This document shows positions 49,271 through 59,021 of a DNA stretch of 64,000 nt, one piece after another. Numbering within the stretch: the first letter of the stretch is position 1; every line of letters starts with the position of its first letter. This stretch comes from Vampirovibrionaceae bacterium NZW_1234. GTDB lineage: Bacteria > Cyanobacteriota > Vampirovibrionia > Vampirovibrionales > JAGQHJ01. The notes beneath the pieces are model-generated. The model ran no database searches, was not told where the DNA came from, and saw only the letters and a list, made by a program, of their open reading frames with translations. The DNA lies in contig JBGUGD010000015.1 in assembly GCA_041697335.1 (NCBI GenBank), forward strand, positions 96,001 to 160,000. Direction: 5' to 3'. A program made the position numbers and the translations under genes.

Positions 49271-51061
49271 TCAGTCATGACGTTTGGCTGAGGCCGTTTG
49301 TTTCATGGGGGTCTTGGAAACGGTCTTGGCACTGGCCACGGCATGCGGTTTCAGGCCCAGATAACTGGCCGTCTCGGTGGCCAACTGCTTAAAGATTGGG
49401 CCTGCAATGGTGCTTCCCCAAGCATTTCCGACCCCGGGGCTGTCGACCACCACCATGATCAGGACTTCCGGGTTTTCTGCGGGGAAATAGCCCACGAAAG
49501 ACGTAAAGAGTTCGTTGGTATAGCCCCGGCCATTCTCATTGGGCCGACGGGATGTCCCTGTTTTTCCGGCCACATGGTAGCCGTCTAGTCGCACTGTAGA
49601 AGTTTTTGCCGTTTCAATACTTTCGACCAACAGTTCCGTGACGGTCTTTGCCGTTTGTTCCGAGATAACCCGGTGTTTGACCACGTTGGATTGATTCCGC
49701 AAGACATGCGGCGTCACCCAGACACCGTCGTTGGCAATGGCCGCCACAGCAGAGGCCATTTGAATGGGGGTGGAGGCCAACCCGTAGCCAAAACCGATGG
49801 TGGCATGCGTCAGTTGGTCCCAATGCTTGGGTGAGTGAAGAATCCCGCCGGATTCCCCGGGGATATCAATGTGGGTGGGCTGCCCCATGCCAAAGGCTTT
49901 TAACAGGCGATGGTGCTCCACCGGATCCATCATTAATGAGATGAGCAGACTACCAATGTTACTGGAGTGCTGGAAAAGATAGACCAGGTCAATATCCCCC
50001 GGGGCGCCATGCTTGGCATAGTCGTAATTTTTGATGGTAAAGCCGTTCATGTGAATCTGCCCCGTGTCGTGCAAGCGGGAATTGCGGCTGATGACACCGG
50101 ACTCAAGGCCACAGGCGACGGTCAGAATCTTAAAGGTAGACCCGGGCGGATAGACATCGGTAATGGCCCAGTTCTTCAAGGTTTCCGGGGCGGTCTTGGC
50201 ATATTTCTCGGGATCATAGTTGGGCATCACGGCAAAGGCCAGAATTTCACCGTTTCGGGGGTTCATGACCACCGCCGCAGAGCGCTTGGCCTTAAACTCG
50301 GTCATGGCTTTTTCAAGGGCCGCCTCTGCGGCATACTGAATCCGGGCGTCCAACGTCAATTGGACGTCTTCGGCTTTCGGAAGGTTGGTCACCAGGTCCG
50401 AGTTGACGTTCTGGATATTGATAAAATCGCCTCGCCCGTTGTATTCCAAGTCGGGAATATCGGGGGCGGTCCGCAGGATTTTTTCGGCTGTCCGCTCGAC
50501 ACCGGCACTGATGCTGGCATCTTCATTGACATAGCCGATAACATGAGAAGCCAGGTTGCCCTGAGGGTATCGCCGCAACATTTTACGGGGCGTCTCGATG
50601 CCGGGCAGACCCAATTTCTGGATTTCCTGGGCCAGGGGTTTGGGGATGTTCTTTGCCACAGCAATGGTGTCATAGGGGAGCTTCAGGGTTTTCTCCAGCT
50701 TGCTAACAGGCTTTTTCAAAACGGGAGAAAGTTTCTCGGCAATTTCGGCAGGCGTCGTCTTGTAATAGTATCTGGGATGAGCAAAGACATCATACAAGGT
50801 GGTGTCCTGAGCCAGAATCACACCGTTTCGATCCAGGATACGCCCCCGGTTAAAAACGACCAGTGAATGGGATCTCAGGTCTTGGGCCTTCTTATTGTAG
50901 TGATGCAGATCCAAAACCTGAATTTCCAGAAGTTTGAGAACCACCAGCCCAAAGGCCAACAAAAGCAGAAGCCACACAAGCCGGAAACGGGTTAAACGCA
51001 GCCGAAGCATGCGCTGATACAACTCACTTTGGGACATGACGCCTGTGTGCCTAGAACCCAT
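49271..51061 (-). CDS. ftsI: Class B penicillin-binding protein (FtsI/PBP2)
   Basis: RGRILDRNG, RRYPQG, SxxK (GSTFK), SSN, KTGT; start 51061 or 51037. Confidence 0.9.
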   Translation of the reverse strand: MGSRHTGVMSQSELYQRMLRLRLTRFRLVWLLLLLAFGLVVLKLLEIQVLDLHHYNKKAQDLRSHSLVVFNRGRILDRNGVILAQDTTLYDVFAHPRYYYKTTPAEIAEKLSPVLKKPVSKLEKTLKLPYDTIAVAKNIPKPLAQEIQKLGLPGIETPRKMLRRYPQGNLASHVIGYVNEDASISAGVERTAEKILRTAPDIPDLEYNGRGDFINIQNVNSDLVTNLPKAEDVQLTLDARIQYAAEAALEKAMTEFKAKRSAAVVMNPRNGEILAFAVMPNYDPEKYAKTAPETLKNWAITDVYPPGSTFKILTVACGLESGVISRNSRLHDTGQIHMNGFTIKNYDYAKHGAPGDIDLVYLFQHSSNIGSLLISLMMDPVEHHRLLKAFGMGQPTHIDIPGESGGILHSPKHWDQLTHATIGFGYGLASTPIQMASAVAAIANDGVWVTPHVLRNQSNVVKHRVISEQTAKTVTELLVESIETAKTSTVRLDGYHVAGKTGTSRRPNENGRGYTNELFTSFVGYFPAENPEVLIMVVVDSPGVGNAWGSTIAGPIFKQLATETASYLGLKPHAVASAKTVSKTPMKQTASAKRHD

Positions 51062-51425
51062 AATACTCCTTCGGCGGCCTGGTCTCCGGCGCATCAAGCA
51101 AATGGGACTGATACATCACTTTTGGAATCACGGTCACCGTCTCTTCAGCCATTTTCAGGCCTTTGACAGCCGCAGAGGCGTTAGCCACTTTCTGATAGGA
51201 TTGCACCCGATCCAGGGCAATGTGAAGATCCCGATTTTCTTCGTTCAACGCACGGGTTTCCCTGCCCAGCTTAATGGCCCGGCTTTCCAGAACGATCGAA
51301 ACACCATACAGGACCAACGAGGTGATAAAAAAGAGCGCGGTTAAAATGACCAAAACTCGCCATACCCACGTGGGGACGGACTCAAAGGGCATCTTCTCCA
51401 AAAACGTTTTGGCGTGGGCCAGCAT
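51051..51425 (-). CDS. Putative FtsL-like cell division protein
   Basis: TM plus coiled coil, immediately upstream of and overlapping ftsI. Confidence 0.55.
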   Translation of the reverse strand: MLAHAKTFLEKMPFESVPTWVWRVLVILTALFFITSLVLYGVSIVLESRAIKLGRETRALNEENRDLHIALDRVQSYQKVANASAAVKGLKMAEETVTVIPKVMYQSHLLDAPETRPPKEYYGF

Positions 51426-51698
51426 CGACTATCTCTATCCACCCGATTCGACTTATCTGCACTATTATACTGCCTAGACAGGCCCTCGGCAAAGTATTGG
51501 ACCATAACCTTGATTGCACGTGAATTCTCCTTGCATGCCCCCCAAAAGCATTCCCAATAGCAATCGACTTACCCAACTCGGATGTCGCCTGACATCGGTT
51601 CAACGGGCTTAAGACCCATCCCAAGAAAGGCCCTCGCATCTCGATGCTCAATTGGCCGGTATAATAACAATCAGGTGATCCCACGATGAGCCACGTCC

Positions 51699-52970
51699 AT
51701 GTCGTTTTTCTCCTGGTTTGCCCAAAATCTTGTGAATCCCGCCTTCTGGTTTCAGCCGATCTTTTATAGTGTGCATGGCTGGTTGGCAACAGAAATGGCC
51801 CTCTGGATGCTGTTTCATCCGTATGAACCGCAATACGTTCCCGGGACTCGGATTCAGCTCCCCTTTACCCCCGGGATTTTCCCTCGGGGACGTCACAAGC
51901 TGTCCATTTCCATTGCCAACACCATTACCGATATCCTGCTGACCCAGGAAGACATCAAAAAACAGGCCGAAAAGCTCATTACCGAAGAAAACATTTACAA
52001 GACCCTGGATCTGCTGTTCGATTCGGTGGGCTCGGAATTGCGCGACATCAGCCATATCCGGCGTCTGTATCGCTATGTGGACAACCTGTTGCCCCCGTTG
52101 CTTCAAAAAATGGCCAATGAGTTTATTCTGGCCATCGACAAAGGGGATGACCAGCATTTTGACCGGGTGATGATGCAGCTCTTAAACCGCATCCTCCCCC
52201 ATATCAGCTTCCGGGAATCCCAGGCCGAGTTCCTGGCCGAAGCCTTCTTCCGCCACGGGCTGACGCCCCCGGTAATCCGGCGGCTCTTAATTGACTTTTT
52301 AACCCCGGAAAACACGGCTCTTCTGGAAAGCGGCATTAAAGACCGCATCGGGGGGATGCAGGGCTTGATTATCCGCTTTATGGATTTTCAAAAAGGCTTT
52401 GGCCAGTTCCGAAGCTTCCTGGAAACCGATGCCGAAGAGGCTGAAGCGCTGCTTGGTGAAATGATGAGCAACATGAACCTGACGGAAAAGCTCAAGCACC
52501 AGATCATGGGCTTTTCGGTTCAGTCCCTGCCGGTGGAGACCCTGGAAGAGTTTAAACTCCACACCATTGCCAATGCCAAAAAGCTCCTCATCCGCTACCG
52601 GGAAGACATTGTGTCCACGCTGCATGACCTGACGGAAGAAGCCACCCAGTCCATCACCACCAGCTTGGTGCATATGGACTTTACCCAGGTGTCCGAAAAC
52701 TGGCTCCCCGGCTTTAAGCGGGATATGGCGGCCTTTATCTATACCTACCTGAACAAGGAACTGGAAAACATGCTGAGTCGGGCCCTGCCTGCCATCAGCC
52801 TGAACACGGTGATTGTGGAAAAGATCGATCAGTTTTCCGCCAAGGAGCTGGAAGAAACCATTCAGCGCATCTGCAGCCGCGAACTGCGCTGGCTTGCGTT
52901 TTTGGGGGCCTTTCTGGGGTTCTGGCTGGGGTTGGTGTCCAACATCATCGGTTACTGGTTCCATCTTTAA
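51699..52970 (+). CDS. DUF445 family membrane-anchored protein
   Basis: N-terminal MALWMLFHPY...PFTPGIFP; C-terminal RELRWLAFLGAFLGFWLG. Confidence 0.85.
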   Translation: MSFFSWFAQNLVNPAFWFQPIFYSVHGWLATEMALWMLFHPYEPQYVPGTRIQLPFTPGIFPRGRHKLSISIANTITDILLTQEDIKKQAEKLITEENIYKTLDLLFDSVGSELRDISHIRRLYRYVDNLLPPLLQKMANEFILAIDKGDDQHFDRVMMQLLNRILPHISFRESQAEFLAEAFFRHGLTPPVIRRLLIDFLTPENTALLESGIKDRIGGMQGLIIRFMDFQKGFGQFRSFLETDAEEAEALLGEMMSNMNLTEKLKHQIMGFSVQSLPVETLEEFKLHTIANAKKLLIRYREDIVSTLHDLTEEATQSITTSLVHMDFTQVSENWLPGFKRDMAAFIYTYLNKELENMLSRALPAISLNTVIVEKIDQFSAKELEETIQRICSRELRWLAFLGAFLGFWLGLVSNIIGYWFHL

Positions 52971-53059
52971 GGACAGTTTGCATTGATCCCTAGCAACGAA
53001 CGCGCTTGAGGGGTGTTTATAGGTCATTGCCCTGATACCGTCTCAAGGATGCAAGGCTG

Positions 53060-54778
53060 ATGATCAAAACCTCCCTGACCCTCCTGCACACTCGACCACC
53101 CCTTACAGCACGCCCAACCCGACCTATGCCTAACCCTGGCCCATTGTTTCAAACTGGGGATCAGGTCTGCTTCGGGGCAGCACGAAAAAAGAGCAACACA
53201 AGCCCCAGTGTCTTCCGAAGCGAAGGGGTTTTAACACCGGACATGATTGCCGAGAAGCAATTGGCCTTCATCCAGCCGGTCACGGCCTCGGATATCCAGG
53301 CCCTGATGGAGGTCGCTTCTCCTGACCCGAAAAACCAGGCCCTCGTGGGACAGGTTTTGGACAGAATGACGCAGTTTGGGAATGAAGCCAGCCTCAACGG
53401 CTTGGTAACCCGGCTGAACAAATGGCTGGAGGCCCCGCTCTTTGTGGATCAGCAAAGCGCCCTGGGCGACTCGCTGTACTATTTGGCTAAGCGTAAAGGG
53501 ACCTTTCAGGATGTGGCTCCCGGGTTTGCGAGAAACATCGAAGACATTCAATCCCACGGAGGCCTGGAGGGGCTGCCCCAATGGGGCGAGACGGAAGGGG
53601 CTTTGCTCCTGGACGACTTGACCCTGACACGCCTTGAGGCAAACCCGGAACTGGTGCGTCATATTGCCAATCATGACTTTACCCTGTTTTATCCGGAAAG
53701 CTGGCTGGATGGGATTACGCTTTTTACGCCGCGTCAACAGATGCTGCCGCGTTTGAAGGCCATGATGGCCAAGGTCCAAGCCCTTCAGGCTGACGGCTTG
53801 CCTCAGGATAAGGCCATTCAAAAGGCCTTGGATAGCACCCTTCAGGAACGCCTTAAAAACATTGCCCTTTCGGCGGGTCTTGCCCCAGAGGCACTTCTGG
53901 AAAAGCTGACCATACTGGAGCACCCCGATAGAAAAGGCAATCCCGCAATAGACCCCGAAGCCTTGGCCCGGCGCCTGGCTCCCAAATACTTGACCAATCA
54001 AACATTGAAAGCCATTATGACCCATACCCACAGCGATGATCGCCCGCCACTGATGGAATTTTTAGACAGGGTCTATCGCCATTACCCGGCGCGAAATCTG
54101 GCTGAAAAATGTCAGGAGCAGCATCAACACATCCGAGAACTGGCCCAGAAGCTTTCGATTTCGCCTGACAAAATCTACTTTTATTTTCCTACCGGCACCC
54201 AAGCCGACGGACTTTTGGATTTTTCCTACAAAAGCAATGGCATGGCCACCATGGTCTACCGGCAAGTCAATCAAATCCCCGCAAAAAACGTCCTGAACCG
54301 AATTCCAGACGAACTGGCACGGGACCCAAGCGCCATGGTGGTTCTGGTCGATGATTTTTCGGGCACGGGTATCCAGATGCTTCAAAGCATGCGCCATTAT
54401 TTTCTCCAAAACGTCAAAGGCCCGGTGGTGTTTGCCCCATTAATTCACTCGGCTGCGGCTCGACGCAATTTTGAGCAAACACAGAAGGGCTATCCCAATC
54501 ACCATTGGGTTTCCACGGAGCAGATTCCAAACTTACAGGAAACGGACTTTTTTAAAACCCTGTCCGAGGCAGACAAGATTCGCCTGTATCAAGCGCTGGG
54601 CAAAGAGCCAGACCCGACAACCGGACAATACAGTCCGGAAGATTTAATCTGCGTCTCCCTATGGAACATGTCCCCGGACAATAACCCGCAGTGCCGGGCT
54701 ATTGATCGGATCCTGAGAGAAGGCGGGCTGCTCAACGAAAAAGGGCATACTAATGCCACAAGCGCCTTCTACGTCTAG
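53060..54778 (+). CDS. Hypothetical protein with C-terminal phosphoribosyltransferase-like domain and N-terminal leader
   Basis: PRPP-binding-like VVLVDDFSGTG motif; leader ends DQVCFG. Confidence 0.6.
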   Translation: MIKTSLTLLHTRPPLTARPTRPMPNPGPLFQTGDQVCFGAARKKSNTSPSVFRSEGVLTPDMIAEKQLAFIQPVTASDIQALMEVASPDPKNQALVGQVLDRMTQFGNEASLNGLVTRLNKWLEAPLFVDQQSALGDSLYYLAKRKGTFQDVAPGFARNIEDIQSHGGLEGLPQWGETEGALLLDDLTLTRLEANPELVRHIANHDFTLFYPESWLDGITLFTPRQQMLPRLKAMMAKVQALQADGLPQDKAIQKALDSTLQERLKNIALSAGLAPEALLEKLTILEHPDRKGNPAIDPEALARRLAPKYLTNQTLKAIMTHTHSDDRPPLMEFLDRVYRHYPARNLAEKCQEQHQHIRELAQKLSISPDKIYFYFPTGTQADGLLDFSYKSNGMATMVYRQVNQIPAKNVLNRIPDELARDPSAMVVLVDDFSGTGIQMLQSMRHYFLQNVKGPVVFAPLIHSAAARRNFEQTQKGYPNHHWVSTEQIPNLQETDFFKTLSEADKIRLYQALGKEPDPTTGQYSPEDLICVSLWNMSPDNNPQCRAIDRILREGGLLNEKGHTNATSAFYV

Positions 54779-54814
54779 CCCCTACAGCAAAAGAACAATA
54801 GGCTGAAAAACCGG

Positions 54815-55294
54815 TTACGAAGCAGCACAGGCTTGACACAAGCCCACAAACTCCAGGCGATGATCCTCCACCTGAAACCGGGCCTGCTGGGAGACCTGGG
54901 CGAGGATGGCATCCATGCCGTGGCAATGGACTTCTTGGGTCGTGTTGCACTGACGGCAAATCAATAAATGATGACAATGATCGTCTTGAGGTAACTGGCA
55001 GTGATCCTCGTCATCCAGCTGACACTTGCGGACCTTGCCGGTGAGAAGTACCCGGTGGATGAGATGGTTCTCTTCCAGACATTCCAGAATCCGGTAAATG
55101 CTCACAATATCGACCGCTTCATCGGAGGCGGCCAGCAAATCACGGATCTCATAAGCCGATAACGCGGTATTGGCGTCATTTAAAAGCTGCACCACCAACT
55201 TACGAGGCTTGGTGATCCGATAACCTCGCTTCTTGAGAGCAGAAAGCGCATTTTCAGTATAACTGGACATGGGCACATGTTCCGGGTGGGCCAT
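54815..55294 (-). CDS. Fur-family metalloregulator, probably Zur-like
   Basis: GYRITKPR, SAYEI, SIYRILE, HCHHLLICRQC, C-terminal CQAC; start 55294 or 55270. Confidence 0.85.
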   Translation of the reverse strand: MAHPEHVPMSSYTENALSALKKRGYRITKPRKLVVQLLNDANTALSAYEIRDLLAASDEAVDIVSIYRILECLEENHLIHRVLLTGKVRKCQLDDEDHCQLPQDDHCHHLLICRQCNTTQEVHCHGMDAILAQVSQQARFQVEDHRLEFVGLCQACAAS

Positions 55295-55323
55295 GGTTTT
55301 ATTTTTCAACAGGCGTAACGATT

Positions 55324-55404
55324 TTGCAATCATGCCCCCTTTCACTATTGCAATCATGTTGTATTTATATTGCAATGTAATTGCATTAATGTTGATTGCA
55401 ATCA
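55324..55404. promoter_or_regulatory. Array of candidate Fur/Zur boxes
   Basis: TTGCAAT at 55324, 55348, 55370, 55396; palindromes TGCAAT-GTA-ATTGCA (55371-55385) and TGATTGCAATCA (55393-55404). Confidence 0.7.
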
Positions 55405-55418
55405 GGGTGTCCCACACG

Positions 55419-55766
55419 ATGAGTTTTTCAAATACCACACCAACGGCTGCTGTACTGCCCAAGCGTCTGAACCCGGTTTCTCCGGCCCTGCAACGCTTAA
55501 GCCTGCCGTGGTCTATTCCCAGCGGCGAACTTCGCCTGCATCATCTTAAAACCGCCATCCTCAATCTGCTGATGTTCCCGGTACTGCCCCTGGTTGGCTA
55601 CTTTGGCCTGGATGCCACGGGTGTGACCCAATGGATCATCCATGACAACGACGTGCTGCGCCAGATTTTGGGCGAAGGCTTTGGCCATGCGGGCCTGTGC
55701 TTTGCCCTCCATTACCTGTTGACCAGCGCCAAACATTTCTGGAAAGCCCTCTTTCCTGCCGTGTAG
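55419..55766 (+). CDS. Small His-containing membrane protein
   Basis: ATG 55419 after the operator array; two hydrophobic segments. Confidence 0.6.
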   Translation: MSFSNTTPTAAVLPKRLNPVSPALQRLSLPWSIPSGELRLHHLKTAILNLLMFPVLPLVGYFGLDATGVTQWIIHDNDVLRQILGEGFGHAGLCFALHYLLTSAKHFWKALFPAV

Positions 55767-55809
55767 CTTTGATTTGTACTTTTTAAAACCCTTCTGGTAA
55801 TTCGGTGTG

Positions 55810-56766
55810 ATGTACGCTCCCTCAGTGGCCTATAGCAATGCCCCCATTCTGTATCCCAGAATGGCCTCCTGGCCGCAGCAACAGTACTGGTATGGTCCCG
55901 GTTACGCCCAGCCGCACCAGCATCTGCATGCGCATCCGGCGCCCCGTTGGGAAGCGGCCTTGGCGCCGACCCCACACCCAAAGCCCGCCGCCAGACAGGA
56001 GCCGGATCCCTCCGTCTTTCTCCGGGAACTGCTGGCCACTTTGCCTCAGACGCCCTCGCACAAGCCAGAGAATTCTGATGCCCATGGGCACTCCCATGAA
56101 CCAGAGCAGCCTGTGAAAAAGCCCATTACCTGGCAACGGGTGGGTACCAAGCTGGCGGCCGCAGCCGGGTTCTTTTTGGTGGCTCGACTGCTGGGGAAAC
56201 TGCCTTCAACCAACAGTACCTTTAAATATCTGACCTCGGACTGGAAAGAGTGGGCCAAAGTGGCGCTGGGGATTGCCTCCATGAACCAGGTCAATGACCT
56301 CTTCGGCTGGAAGCCTCCGGCGTGGCTGATGGCCATTCAGACCACCCTCTTCGTCAATCCGGCCGTGTCGGGCTTTACCAAAAAAATGGCCCTGCAAACC
56401 CTGGTGATGGCCCCGTTGGTTTCTGCCATCGTGGCCACGACCAACTATCTCAACGACACCATTACCCAGCCGGTCCAGGAGAAACTGCATATTCCTCCCG
56501 CCCTGACCCGACTGGCCGTAATGATCAGTATGATGGCGGTCGGCATTAAAACTTACCCTCACCTTTATCGCAAGGTTGCTGAAACCGGGATGATGGGTCA
56601 GGAAGCCAAAGCACAAGCGTCCAAGCTGGTGGTCGGCACCGAAATCGTCACCTGTGCCAAATGCGGAAGTAACCACCTGATCTGCATGAGCGAAATCGGT
56701 GACTACATCGGCAGCATGGGCAACTGGTTTCGCGGTAAGCATCAAGAAACAAAGAGGACCTCATGA
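55810..56766 (+). CDS. Membrane protein with His-rich N-terminus and C-terminal CxxC-H-C motif
   Basis: HQHLHAH, HGHSHE; several TM segments; CAKCGSNHLIC. Confidence 0.7.
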   Translation: MYAPSVAYSNAPILYPRMASWPQQQYWYGPGYAQPHQHLHAHPAPRWEAALAPTPHPKPAARQEPDPSVFLRELLATLPQTPSHKPENSDAHGHSHEPEQPVKKPITWQRVGTKLAAAAGFFLVARLLGKLPSTNSTFKYLTSDWKEWAKVALGIASMNQVNDLFGWKPPAWLMAIQTTLFVNPAVSGFTKKMALQTLVMAPLVSAIVATTNYLNDTITQPVQEKLHIPPALTRLAVMISMMAVGIKTYPHLYRKVAETGMMGQEAKAQASKLVVGTEIVTCAKCGSNHLICMSEIGDYIGSMGNWFRGKHQETKRTS

Positions 56767-57800
56767 ACGCCATTCGCTTTAACCCGGTTTACACGCCTGT
56801 AATGCGGCCCCGCTTCGGGCATCAGCCCACGGATCCAACCCCGGATCCGACAGGGGCGGAAACCCATGACGCCTCAGAAGAGCCTGGCCATGTTCATGGG
56901 CCCGGGTGCAACCACACCCACGGTTTAGGTCTTCCGGGGCTGGGAGGTCCCCAAAAAGGCAAAAAACCCCAGTTTACCTGCACTAAGCCGGGCGAAACGC
57001 CTGGCGGTGACAAGGACAAACAGGCCACCGATACCCCTGGGAAATCCCATACGCATGGCCCGGGACATAAATGCACCGGCGCATGCAAGCACGATCATGG
57101 CCATGAGCACCCCCATACAGAGACTCCGGCCACCCAAGGCCCCCGAACAGACGCCACGAACACAGGGGGTGTGACGGGCGGGGCATCGGGTGCCTCTGCC
57201 GGGAGCGAAAAAACGCCTGTGTCGGGTGCCGGTGTCACTGGTGCTGCCAGCACCACAGATGCGGCATCCCAGAAAGCCACCGGACACAGCCATGATCATG
57301 ACCACGGACACACATGTGGCGCCGGGTGCACTCACGATCATCCCCCGAAGAAAGTCGCTCCCGCTTCCGGGAAGGACAAGAAGGCCACCGCCGCCAAAGA
57401 CGGCGGCCACGTTTGCGGTAGAGGCTGCAATCACGACCATGACCACGCCTCCGTTAAGAAACGCAAACCTTCGGCAGGAAAACCCCAAGGCGGTGATCAT
57501 GTCTGTGGCAGTGGTTGTGATCACGATCACGCCCATGATCACAGCGTCAAAAAAGCCTCTCCAGCATCCAAGAAGCCAAAAGCCACACCAAAAGCGCCTC
57601 CGAAACCCAAAACCCTGCTCGGTTGGATCCCCTATGGTGTCAATCGCGTCTTTACGTGGTTTTATGAATTAGTAACGGGTTTTCTCAAGGACCTGAAGGC
57701 GCTGATATCCGGACAACCGAAAGAAGAGTCACACCAGCACGATCATCATCATCACGACCATGATCACGCCCACGATCACCCGCATCCCCATAAACACTGA
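56763..57800 (+). CDS. His/Cys-rich putative metal-binding protein with RFG leader
   Basis: Repeats HVHGPGCNH, HKCTGACKHDH, HTCGAGCTHDH, HVCGRGCNHDH, HVCGSGCDHDH; poly-His/Asp tail. Confidence 0.75.
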   Translation: MNAIRFNPVYTPVMRPRFGHQPTDPTPDPTGAETHDASEEPGHVHGPGCNHTHGLGLPGLGGPQKGKKPQFTCTKPGETPGGDKDKQATDTPGKSHTHGPGHKCTGACKHDHGHEHPHTETPATQGPRTDATNTGGVTGGASGASAGSEKTPVSGAGVTGAASTTDAASQKATGHSHDHDHGHTCGAGCTHDHPPKKVAPASGKDKKATAAKDGGHVCGRGCNHDHDHASVKKRKPSAGKPQGGDHVCGSGCDHDHAHDHSVKKASPASKKPKATPKAPPKPKTLLGWIPYGVNRVFTWFYELVTGFLKDLKALISGQPKEESHQHDHHHHDHDHAHDHPHPHKH

Positions 57801-57830
57801 TCCCGAAAGTTCACACAAAGGTTAGCACCT

Positions 57831-59021
57831 GTGACACGATCCCCCTCGCCCTCGTTAATTAGTCCGCAGTTCCTGCTGCTGTGTGTCAGCGTGCTCTTTT
57901 TCTTTGCCAGCTATCACCTGCTCTCGCCGGTGTTGCCCTTCTTTTTCAAAGCCAATCAGTTCCAGGGCCAAGCCATCGGCACCCTGATGTCGGCCTTTAT
58001 GGTGGCCTCCCTGGTGACCCGGCCCTGGATTGGCAAGCTGTGCGATGAGCGAAATAAGAAAATGATTCTCCTGGTGGGCGTCATCGGTTTTATGATCTGC
58101 CCGGTCCTGTATCTGCTGACCCATGACCAGACCCTGTTGTTTGGAATTCGTCTTCTTCATGGCATCAGCTTTTCACTGACTTACACCTCAGCCAGCAGCC
58201 TTCTGGCCGATATCGTTCCGCCCGACAGAAAAGCCGAAGGCATCAGCTATTTCAGCAACGCCATTAAAGTCGCCATGGCCTTCAGCCCGGGGTTGGGGTT
58301 GTGGTTGGCGGAGCGCTACCCGCTGGCCTATCCCTTTGTGCTGTCCGCCATTTTCTCCATGCTGGTCTTAGCCTGTGTCAGCCTGATTCCCAGTGCCTCT
58401 GCGGCCCCCAAAGCCGCCTCAAGCACCTCGGCTCGGGGCAAGCTGTTTAACAGGAAGGCCTTTTTCCCGGGCTTCTTGATGGCCACCAACAGCATTGCCT
58501 TCGGCGCCCTCATCCCCTTTGTGCCTCAGCTGGCCCAGGAAAAACACCTGGCGGATGCCGGTCTGTTCTATACCCTCTATGCCCTCTTTCTGATTTTCTC
58601 CCGGACCCTGACGGGTAAGCTCTCGGACAAATATGGCCGGGATTCGGTTCTCATCCCCGGCATGCTGATGGTGGTGATGACGCTTCTGTTTCTGAGCTGG
58701 TCTCCCAGCCTGGCTGTCTTTCTGATTGCCGCCTGCTTATATGGCCTGAGTGCCGGGACCGTACAGCCATCGTTGATGGCCCTGGCCCTGGACAAAGCCG
58801 ACGCCCACGAGCGAGGCTCCACCATGGCCACCTTTACCATGTTTACGGATTTAGGCATCGCCTGCGGCATGTATGTGATGGGCTCGCTGGGGTCCACCCA
58901 AGGTTACAGCGCCTCGTTGTTGTGGATTGTCTTGACGGCGTTTATGGGCTGGATTTTGCTGATGGTATCCCAGTTTCGCCAGAAACGCCTGACGTCAGAG
59001 AAGGTGACCACCCATGCCTAA
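57831..59021 (+). CDS. MFS transporter
   Basis: About 12 TM; motif A (GKLCDERNKK, GKLSDKYGR), RLLHG. Confidence 0.9.
   Translation: MTRSPSPSLISPQFLLLCVSVLFFFASYHLLSPVLPFFFKANQFQGQAIGTLMSAFMVASLVTRPWIGKLCDERNKKMILLVGVIGFMICPVLYLLTHDQTLLFGIRLLHGISFSLTYTSASSLLADIVPPDRKAEGISYFSNAIKVAMAFSPGLGLWLAERYPLAYPFVLSAIFSMLVLACVSLIPSASAAPKAASSTSARGKLFNRKAFFPGFLMATNSIAFGALIPFVPQLAQEKHLADAGLFYTLYALFLIFSRTLTGKLSDKYGRDSVLIPGMLMVVMTLLFLSWSPSLAVFLIAACLYGLSAGTVQPSLMALALDKADAHERGSTMATFTMFTDLGIACGMYVMGSLGSTQGYSASLLWIVLTAFMGWILLMVSQFRQKRLTSEKVTTHA

Noticed and set aside
55269..55462. Extended N-termini of the Fur and small membrane ORFs in the ORF track
   Set aside because: They run through the operator array and overlap each other; starts at 55294 and 55419 are more plausible.
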